Positions 54,862 through 64,000 of a DNA stretch of 64,000 nt are shown here, one piece after another. Position numbers and translations under genes: made by a program. Positions within the stretch are counted from its first letter, which is position 1. Each line of letters opens with the position of its first letter. Under the pieces are notes generated by a model. That model saw nothing but the letters and a program-made list of their open reading frames with translations, was not told the origin of the DNA and ran no database searches. Source of the DNA: Scenedesmus sp. PABB004 (taxonomy: Eukaryota); contig JABVCE010000002.1 of NCBI GenBank assembly GCA_014905635.1, forward strand, positions 2,046,001 through 2,110,000, read 5' to 3'.

Positions 54862-55312
54862 CAGCCAGTGCGCGCGCAGGAGTGCTGACGCGTGGTGCGG
54901 CAGCCTCCCGCGCGCGCACGCGGGGAGGCCTGGCGGCGGCGGCACGCGCGGGCGCGCACTGCGGGGGCGCACTGCGGGGGCGGCGCGGCCGCTGCGAGCT
55001 GGGCGGCGGAGCACTGCTGGGGGCGGCGGACGCGGACGACGACGGCTCACACGCGCGCGGGCGATTGCCCGGTAATGCCGCATCGCGCGCCGCACCGCGA
55101 CGGCGCTGGGGGCCGCGCGCGCCAGGCGGCGCGTGGACGTGCTCACCACCACCACATGCATCGAACGCAAAGCAAAGAACACGGGGCGCCCGCGGCTGCT
55201 GCGCGGCCCCGACAAGCTCAAAACTGCGCCGGCGCCCGGCGCGCACAAAGATATGGGCGCGACTCACGCCATGTTGTGTTCATTGCTGCCGCCGGCCGCC
55301 GCCCAGCGCGGC

Positions 55313-56348
55313 TCAGCGCGCGCGCTGCGGGGTCCACGGAAGCTGTGGCGCCAGCTGCTGCTGCTGCCGCAGAGGCGGGCCGGGCGAGCCGCCAGGCAGC
55401 ACGCTGCTAAACATCAGGTGCTGCGCGGGCACGCCCAGCGGCGGCGGCGGCGGCGCCGGCGGGGGCTCCGGCAGCAAGCCCAGCTGCTGCCCCTGCCGCT
55501 CCTGCTGCTGCGCCCACGGCTGCTGCAGCGTCGCCTGCGCGCCGCTCGCCGCCGCTTGGACCCGCGCCTGCTGCGGCTGCTGTGGCTGCTGCGGCTGCTG
55601 CTGCTGCTGCGACTCCTGCTGCTCCTGCAGCTGCAGGTGCGGCTGTTGCTGCTGCTCCAGCGCCCGCGCGCCCCGCTCCCGCTCCGGCGGCTTGCCCCGC
55701 CGCGGCCGCTCGGCTCGCCGCGGCTCGGCCTCCAGCAGCTGCTGCTCCTGCAGCGCCAGCTCCTCCAGAGCGGCGGCGTCCAGCGGCGCCTGCGGCGCGT
55801 CCTGCGCGGCCGCGACCGCGGCCGCGGCCTGCAGGGCCGCCGCGGCGCGCGCGCCCTCGCGCGAGGGCGGCGCGCCGCGCGGCGCCGCCAGCGCCGCGCA
55901 CAGCGACGCCAGCAATTGCTGTGAGAGCGGCGCGGGGAGGGGCGGGGAACGGCGGTGAGCGGGCTGCGGCGCGCGAGCGCCGGCGGCAGCAGTGGCGGCG
56001 GCGGCGGCGGCGGCGCGCCGCCACGGGCCGCACCTGGGAGCCAATCTGCTGCCCGCCGGCAAGCGTGCCGCTGCGACGCGCCACCTCCGCCACGGGGAGG
56101 CCAGGCTCGGCCAGCAGCGCGCGCGTGGGCGACCACGGCGCGGCCTCGAACGCCGGCCGCACGGGCCGGACCGGCGCGCCGCTGGGCGCGGGCGAGCGGG
56201 CGGGATTTCCCTGCAGCTGCGCGCTGGGCGGGCCACTGGGCGGCTGCGGTGGCGCAATGGCGGGCTGAGACGGCGGGCCTCTGCTGCTGCCCGCCCGCCG
56301 CGGCAGCACCGGCCGCTGCGGCGGTCCGGGCAGCGGCAGGGACGCCAT
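55313..56348 (-). CDS. Hypothetical Pro/Gln-rich protein
   Basis: ATG at 56348. A plausible GT-AG intron at ~55920-56033 joins ...QQIGSQ to QLLASLCAAL..., followed by a poly-Q region. No family recognised. Confidence 0.45.
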
Positions 56349-56793
56349 GGCCGATCACGCCTCAGCGCGCCATGCGACGCCCCGGCAGCGCGCGCCGCGG
56401 GGCGCGGCGCGGACGGGTGGCGGCGAGCGAGCGGCGAGCAGCGCCGGCGTGCGGCGGCTGCCGATGCGGCAAACCGTGGGCTGGCCCTGCCGAGCTGTGC
56501 GGGCCGGTGGGCGCCGCGGCGGCAGGGACGGCCCGGCGGCGCGGCGGCGGGGCGCGGTTGGGGGCACAGCCGGCTGCGCCCCGAACAACGCCGCTCGCAT
56601 GTGCGCGGGGCTCGCGCGGGTCAGGCCACGCACGTGCCCCCGGTGCCCGACTCAGTGACGCGACGCGCCTCACGGCCGCGCGACGCAGCGGCGGCAGCGG
56701 AGGGAGAGCGGGCAGCGGCGGCGAGCGGCAGCCGCACCGGCGCCGGGCGGACCCTTGCGCCCGTCGGTCGTCGGGCCGGGCACTCGCCGCGCC

Positions 56794-58988
56794 ATGCTGT
56801 TGCTCCGAGGCCAGCAGCAGGCCGGCGGCGCCCAAGCGGCGCGCGGCAGCAGCGGCGCGGCGCCCGCCCGCCCGCTGCCGCGCGGCGGGGGCCGCAGCGG
56901 GCGAGGGCGATGCAGCATCGCGCGCCCCTCGCGCCCCTCGAACTCCACGGGCGCCCTGCAGGACATGCGCATCGTGCCGCTGGCGCCGGAGCAGCTCGCC
57001 GCAGCGGCGGCGGAGCAGCCGTCGCAGCCGCGCGACGCCGCCGCGCCTGGCCTGGCCGTCCCGCCGCTGGAGCGCTGGGGCGAGGACCCGCTCCTCATGT
57101 CAGGCTGCGAGCCCGGCGCCCGCCCGCTGCGCGTCGCGGTGCTCGTGAGCGGCGGCGTCGACAGCTCGCTCGCGCTGCAGCTCGTGTCGGCGGCGGGGCA
57201 CGCGCCGACGGCCTTCTACCTGCAAATCTGGTTCCAGGAGGACTTTAGGAACTTCTGGGACGCCTGCCCCTGGGAGGAGGACCTGGACTACGCGCGCAAG
57301 GCGCGGCGGCGGCGGCCGCGGCAGCCAGAGCGCCGTCGCACGCAGCGCTCGTAGCACGAGCGCGCTGCCGTGGGGGCGGCGCCCTGCAAGCCACGCGCGT
57401 GCGCGTGCCGCCGAGCCGCCGCCCAGCCGCTGCCCGCCGCTGCCCGCCGCCCGCCGCCTGCTGCCCGCCGCCCAGGTGTGCGACGCGCTGGGCGTGCCGC
57501 TCGTGGTGGTGCCGCTGACGCAGGCCTACTGGGAGCGCGTCGTCGCGCACAGCGTGGCGGAGATCAAGGCGGGGCGCACGCCCAACCCCGACCTGCTCTG
57601 CAACAGCCGGTGCGGCGGCAGCGGCGGCGGCGGCGGCGGCGGTGGCGGTGACGAGGGCTGGCGCTCGCGCCGCGCTCGCGTGACGCCGTGCACTGCGTGC
57701 CGCGCGGCGCGCAGGGTCAAGTTTGGTGCGTTCCTGGAGTACCTGGAGCAGCAGCACGCGGGCGTGTTTGACCGCGTCGCGTCGGGCCACTACGCGCGCG
57801 TCTGCCGCGCGCCGGACGGCGAGGCGGCCGCGGCCGCACGGCCAGGCGAGGAGCGGGCGCAGCTGGACGCGCGGCGCGCGAGCGGCGGCCAGGCCAGCAG
57901 CAGCGGCGGCGGCGGCGCCCCCCGGCTCTGCCTCACGCCCGACCCGTGAAGGACCAGACCTACTTCCTCGCCAGCCTCTCGCCCGCGCAGCTCGCGCGCT
58001 GCATGTTCCCGCTCGGCGGCCTCACCAAGCCGCACGTCCGCGCGCTCGCGGCGGCCGCGGGGCTGGCCACGAGTGCGCGCAAGGACAGCCAGGGCATCTG
58101 CTTCCTGGGCAAGGTCAAGTTTGCCGAGTTTGTGAAGCAGCACCTCGGCGAGTGGGCGGGCCCGCTCGTGGAGGAGGAGAGCGGCCGGGTGCGCGCGCCG
58201 CGGCGGCGCGCCGCGCGCCGCGCGGCGCGGGCCCCCGGCTGCGGCGTGGTGTGCGGCGCGCCGGCATGCAGGCGGCGCGAGCCGCGCCGCGCGTGCGTGG
58301 CGCAGGTAGTGGGCCTGCACGAGGGCTACTGGTTCTACACCGTTGGCCAGCGCGGCGGCATCAAGCTCCCCGGCGGCCCCTGGTGCGCATGCGCCGCCGC
58401 CGCCGCCGCCGCGGCGGCCACGCTGCGAAGCGCGCGCGCCGCCGCGGCCGCCCACGCCCCTGCGTCGGCGCCGCGCCGCGCAGGTACGTGACGGCCAAGG
58501 ACATGACGCGCAACGTCGTGTACGTCAGCCGCGCGTACTACGAGACGGCCAAGCAGCGCGACGCGTTTGTGTGCGGGCCGTTCAGCTGGCTCGGCGACGC
58601 GCGGCCCGCCGACGGCGGCGCGAGCGGCGCGCCGCTGCTGGTCAAGGTGCGGCACGGCCCCACGCTCTACCCCTGCCGCCTGACGCTCGGGCGGCGGACG
58701 GAGATGCTCGCGCGCATCGCAGGCGCGCCGCCGCCGCAGCAGCAACGTGAGCAGGAGCAGCAGCAACAGGAGCAGGAGCAGCAGCAGCAGCAGCAACAGG
58801 AGCAGGAGCAGCAGCGGGCGGCCGACGACGCGGCGGGGGAGCTGTACGGCCTGGTGGAGCTGGGCGAGAACGACCAGGGCCTCGCGCCGGGGCAGTACGC
58901 CGTGTTCTACCACGCCGGCGTCTGCCTCGGCGCCGCGCAGATCCTCGGCGCGCCGCGCGGCGCGCCCGCCGCCGCGGCCGCGCGGTGA
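56794..58988 (+). CDS. mnmA: tRNA-specific 2-thiouridylase MnmA (organellar), with an apparent 1-nt frameshift at ~57945
   Basis: VAVLVSGGVDSS, GRTPNPDLLCN, VASGHYAR, KDQTYFL, RKDSQGICFLG, YTVGQR and QGLAPGQYAVFY. Confidence 0.93.
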
Positions 58989-59257
58989 ACCCTTGAGCCC
59001 TCGGCGACGGCGGCGGCTCAGCATGCGCGCCCGGGTTAATGTGGCGCGCCGCTGCACACGCCGCACCCGCCGCCGCAACAGCAGCATACCAGCCGCCGCA
59101 GCTCGTGTGAGCGCCGACGGCAGCATCAGCAGCAGCAGTGGCAGCAGCAGCAGCGCCCGGGGCAGCGTGCCGCCCGCAGCCGCCGGCCGAGCACAGAGAG
59201 AGCCGCAGAAGCGTCAGCGAGGCCGGGAGCTCGTGATCCGCGCCGGCAGGGGGCGCC

Positions 59258-60402
59258 ATGGCGCTGGACCTGAAGGCGTTCGCGCAGCGGCTGGGCCTGG
59301 ACTGGGAGCTCGCACTCGGCGGCGACGGCGCGCCCGTGCTGGACACGGGGGACGACGAGGCGCTGTCCTGCAGCTACGACGGCGTGGAGCTGGTCGTGGG
59401 GGACGGCGGCGCCAGCGCGGGAGCGGGCAAGCTCTTCATCACCACGCGGTGGGCGGCGCCACGCAGCCCCGATCGCGGCGCCGGGGCATGCGTGATGCGG
59501 CCCAGCATGCACGCCAGCCGTGGCCGGCGCCCCGCCGCAGCGCGGGCGCCGCCGGCGCGAGGCGCGGCCGGCGAGCGCGGCGCCGCAGCAGCGGCGGGCC
59601 GCGGGCCGCGCTGCCGCCCACGCCGCCGCCCCTGGCCGGCCCTGCAGGCGGATCATCTGGCTGGGCGCGGGCGCTGGCGGCGGCTGCCTGGCGGCCGGGT
59701 ATCGGCAGGTGGTCGTGCACGCGGTGTCGCGCGGCGACGGCGGCGGCGCCGCCGGCGCGAGCAGAGCGTGCGTGTACCTGCAGCTGGACGAGGGCAGCGA
59801 CGACATGCCCGGCGACGAGGGCGAGGAGGAGGGCGAGGAGCAGCCGAGCGCGGAGCTGCGGCTCGTGCCCGCCGACGCGGACCAGGGTGGGGCGCGGGGG
59901 CGCGGCCGCTGCGCGCCGCTGCGGCGGCGGCGGCCGCGGCAGCACGCGGCGGCAGTGCGCCGTGGCTGAGCCGGGCCCCGCGCGCCGCCCGCCGCAGTTG
60001 AGGCCATCTTTGCCAAGCTCTGCGAGTGCTCCGCGCTCAACCCGGACTCGGACGCCGAGGAGGAGGGCGGCGCGCAGCTGTTCTTTGACGACGCAGAGGT
60101 GCGTGGCCAGGCCCGGCCGGGGGGCCGGTGGCGGGCCTGGCCCGGCGCGCGCATCTGCGGCGGCAGCAGCGAGGGCTGAGCGCGGCCGCGCGCGCGCGCG
60201 CGCGCCGCAGGTGCTGGCCGGCCTGCCGGACGACCAGCGCGCGGCGCTGCTGGCGGCGCGCGCGGAGGGCGCGCTCGGCGTGGCGGACGACCTGGATGAG
60301 CTCATGGCGGACGACCCCGAGCGCTTTGAGGACGACGACGAGCCGGCCTCCGCGACAGCGGGCGGCGCGGCCAACGGGCACGGCGCCGGCGCCGCGCAGT
60401 GA
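59258..60402 (+). CDS. CLNS1A: pICln / methylosome subunit (Voldacs domain)
   Basis: GAGKLFITTR|RIIWL, VVHAVSR, CVYLQLD, ELRLVP, IFAKLCECSALNPD and an acidic C-terminus ERFEDDDE. Confidence 0.9.
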
Positions 60403-60505
60403 CAGCGAGGCGCGGCGGGGCGTGCGCTCGCCCTGGGGTGACACGGCGTGCCGGTCGTTGCCAGCCGCGTCACAGCACGCCCCACGCATGCGCGCGCACG
60501 GGCGC

Positions 60506-62893
60506 TCAGTCGGCCGGCTCCGGGCGCAGCGCCTCCACGCGGAAGCCCGCCGCCTCGAGCTGCGGCCGCAGCGCGCCCGCGTCGCCGACGACGACGACCA
60601 CCTGCTGCGCGGGGTGGAGGTGCCGCGCCGCGGCCGCCGCGACGTCGTCCGCCGTCACCGCCTCCACGCGGTCGCGATACGTGAACAGAAAGTCCTGCAG
60701 GGTCGACGCGCGGCGCGGGTCGGCGCGGGCGCGGGGTCGGCGCGGGCGCGGGGGTGGGCGCGGACGTGCGTGGCGCGACCCGCGGCGCGCCGCCCGCCGC
60801 CGGCGCCGCACCTGCGGCAGGCCGAGCAGCTCGTACACGAGCGCGCGCTGCAGCTGCGTCTCGGTTGAGGCAAAGTTGAACACAACGGTCTGCAGCAGCC
60901 CCGCCTTGGCCCGCGCGAGCTCGGCCCGCGACGGCGGCGCGCTGCGCGCCTCGGCCAGCACGCGCGCGAGCTCCTGCACGAACCGCGCGGGCTGCGCCGT
61001 CTCCGCGGCCGCGACGAAGAGCCCGCGGTGGTCAACCGGCGAGTCCCACGAGGCTGCGGGGGGACGGCCGCGGCGGGCGGGCGGCGCGCGGTGGGCGGCG
61101 GCGGCGGCGGCATGCCTGGTGCTCGCGGCATGCGCGGCGTGCCGAGCGGCGCCGCGCCACAAAACACGGGCGCGACGGGCGCGCGGCCGGCGCACCTTGC
61201 ACGCTGTACGCGAGTCCCTTGCGCGTGCGCAGCGTGTCAAAGACCAGCCCGCCAAAGCCGTTGAGGCGCGAGGCGAGGACGTCGAGCGCGTAGACGTCCG
61301 GGTCGCCCAGCGACACGCCCCGCTCGCCCGCAAACACCGCGGCCTGCCCCGCGCCCGGCCGGTCGACGAGGCGGACCAGCTGCGGCGCCGCCGCGGCGCC
61401 CTGCGGCGGCGCCGCCGCCGCCTGCGCCGCCGACAGCACGGCCGGCAGGTCCCGCAGCTCCTCGCGCGGCCGCGCGCGCGGCTGCGCCGGCTGGCCGGGC
61501 GCGGGCGCCCAGCCGCCGAGCGCCTGCTCGACCGCTGCCATCATTTCTTCCGGGTCAAAGTCGCCAACCAGGCCCAGCACCGCGGCGTCGGGGCGCTGCC
61601 ACGCCGCGATGTGCGCCGCGACGTCGTCGCGCGTCAGGCCCGCGACGCCGCGCAGCGTGGGCGTGCGGGCGTAGATGGAGTCGGCGCCGTAGATGAGCTT
61701 GGCCAGCTCCCTGCCGCGGGCGCGGCGGTCCAGAGGCGGTCGGCGGGTGGCGGGCGGTGAACCGCAGCGCTGCGTCGTTGCGCGTGGGCCCGGCGCGGCC
61801 GGCGGCTGCGGCGCCAGCGCGGGGGCGGCGCACGCGCGCGCGCACCTGCGCGCGACGCCGGCCGCGCTGTCGTCGCGGTGGCGGATGACGTTGCTCACCT
61901 GGCCCTGCAGCAGCGCGAGCTTGTCGGGCGGCAGCGCGGGCTCGCGCAGCAGCTCCGAGAGCAGGCGCAGCAGCTCGGGCGCGTCGCGCGTCATGCACTG
62001 CGCGCGGCGCGGCGCGCGCAACGCGGCGGGCCGGCGCGGCGGGTGAGCCCGCGGGGCCGCAGCGCGGGCGCCGCGCCCCCGCGCTGGCCGCCGGGGCTCT
62101 CGAACGCGCGCTCTCCCTCCCTCCCTCCCTCCGCGGGCCGCCGCCGCACCTGGAAGTCCAGCGTCGTCGACTGCTGCCCCGCCGAGGCCTCGATCGCCGC
62201 CGCCAGGTCCTCGAGCCGCGCGTCCAGCGCCTCCGCGGGGTGGTCCACGCTGCCGCCGGCGCGCTGCAGCGCGGCCGCGATCGACGCGAGCCCGACCTTG
62301 CCCGCCGGGCTCGACGCCTGCGCGGCGGCGGGCGCGGCGACTGGGCGCGCGCTGCCGCGTGCTCGCGGCGCGGGCCGGGGCGCGCGCGCGCCGCCGCCGC
62401 CGCGCCTCGCCTGGCCGCCGGGTATCAGCAGGCTGCCCCGCGTGAGCGGGACCTCGCGGTCCACGACGAGGAACACCTTGAGCCCGTTCGCCAGCGCCCT
62501 GCTGACGATCGCCGGCTGCGCCAGCCGCGGCAGCGGCGGGAACGTCGCCGGCAGCGGCGGCAGGCGGCGGTAGATGGCCGGGAGGCCGCCGGGGCCCGAG
62601 ATGTCGAGCTCTGGCGCCGGCCGCTGCTGCGGCCGCGCCTGCCGCTGCTGCGCCTGCGGCTGCTGCGCCTGCTGCTGCTGATCCTGCAGCTGCAGCGGGT
62701 GCGGCAGGGCAACGGCTGGGGCGCCAGGCACGGCGAGCAGCTGCAGCGCCGCGAGCAGGCCGGCCGCGGCGCGCTGCTGCGGCAGCGCCGGCGCCGCCGC
62801 TGCGCCGCCACTGCGGCTGGCGGATCGCCGCCGGGATCCCACGCGCAGTGAAGGACCACGCTGTTGGGGGAGGGCGCGCTGGGAGGCCTGCAT
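60506..62893 (-). CDS. M16 (insulinase-family) peptidase-like protein lacking HxxEH, with a predicted plastid/lumen targeting peptide
   Basis: LANGLKVFLVVDREVP, KVGLASIAAALQRAGG, LTRDDV...PDAAVLGLVGDF, LRTRKGLAYSV and VTADDVAAAAARHL. Confidence 0.85.
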
Positions 62894-63955
62894 CACGGCG
62901 GCCGTGGCGCCGCGCTGCGGCACGGCGCTGCTGCCGGCGCGGCCGCGCTCGCAGGGCGGGGCTGTGGCTGTCCCCAGGTGCGAGCAGAGGCGTGTGGATG
63001 GCCACGCACGAGCTGCGGACCGCCCGCGGGGGTGGACACCAGCGGCCGCGTTGCACCGCGAGGGCACAGCGCCGCGTGCGACACGCGTCGCGGCGCCGCT
63101 CAAGCCGGCTCGGCCACCGGGGTGCGCGGCGCATTTGGCGGCGCCCAGCAGCCGACGCGTGCGCGCCGGGACGCCGTCCCACGGCTCGACCCCCCCCCCT
63201 CTTGCAGCGCAGCAGCCCTGCCCCGCCCCTCACCCGCCCGCCCGCCGCCTGCGCTCGGCAGGTGTGCGTCCGCGGCTTCCAGCCCTGCACGCCTGGCCGC
63301 CTGCGCTTCTGCCTCGGGAGCACGTGCGCCGAGGTGCCCAGCACGCCTGGCAGCGACGTCACGCACGCGTGCCAGCCGCTCACGTGTGCCACGGAGATGG
63401 AGGCGTGCGGCTCCTGTGACGGCGGCCTCGCGTGCTGCGACGCGTCATCGCACGTTGCAGCGCGGCCAAGGCAGAAGACCGCGCCAAGAGCCTGCGGAGC
63501 AGGCGGCCCCGCCCGCGCGCACCCCCGTGGGTGCGCGACGACCGACGCTGCCGGCTCACCGCACCCCGGTCGCACGCATGCCCTGGCCAGCGGTGCCCCG
63601 GGACCCACGCCCCAAAGAAGGAGCAGCGAGGCAGCACCAAGCACACGCCCGCGCACACACACAAGGGGGCCTCACGCGCCGGCCTGCCGGAGCGCGACGC
63701 GCTGGGCCCCGCCCGGGCCGGCGGCGCCGGGCACGCTCGAGAGGAATGGGCGCTGCAAGGGGTCGTGCGGGCTTTTTGTTTGTTACAAGGCGGGGCGCGT
63801 GGCGCTCTGGGCGCTGCGGTGGCGCGCGGGGGATTTTTTTGGAATAAATATGAATATTTAATGAAAAAACAATGAATAAACAAATGCCCGAAATTGCCGC
63901 GAGCACTGACTTGGGAGTTGGCGTTTGTATTAGCAATTTGGATTCAGGCGGCGCC

Positions 63956-64000
63956 GGGGACATAGCTCAATTGGTAGAGCGCTCGCTTTGCATGCGAGAG
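63956..64000 (+). tRNA. trnA-UGC: tRNA-Ala (anticodon UGC), truncated by the window end
   Basis: GGGGACATAGCTCAATTGGTAGAGCGCTCGCTTTGCATGCGAGAG shows the acceptor 5' strand, D-arm/A box and anticodon arm CTCGC-TTTGCAT-GCGAG. AT-rich upstream region at 63830-63890. Confidence 0.95.

Overview
Gene-dense, very GC-rich, intron-rich eukaryotic nuclear DNA. Gene content, short GT/GC-AG introns with CTCAC/CTGAC branch motifs and TGTAA poly(A) signals suggest a chlorophyte green alga (inference). Most long ORFs in the supplied track are GC artefacts, so I rebuilt the genes exon by exon from recognisable protein motifs. About 21 protein-coding genes are present: actin, a KDEL-ended M20 peptidase, an AzgA-type permease, a BiuH-TrtA (biuret/triuret hydrolase) fusion, a VDAC-like porin, an FSH1-RWD-Obg/Ygr210 GTPase fusion, organellar TyrRS, BABAM1, YchF, a roughly 26-module Sushi-like secreted protein, ATG10, a BRO1-like protein, UPF2, SPCS2, MnmA, pICln, an M16 protein and several hypotheticals. 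A tRNA-Ala(UGC) is cut off at the right edge. The most notable region is the apparently intergenic stretch 45.9-47.05 kb. On the + strand it carries two C/D-box snoRNAs, an RNase MRP RNA that almost exactly fills a predicted spliceosomal intron, and a complete type I hammerhead ribozyme in the next predicted exon, upstream of a TGTAA signal. This looks like a self-cleaving host transcript for rRNA-processing RNAs. All family assignments come from motif recognition by eye; no database searches were run.
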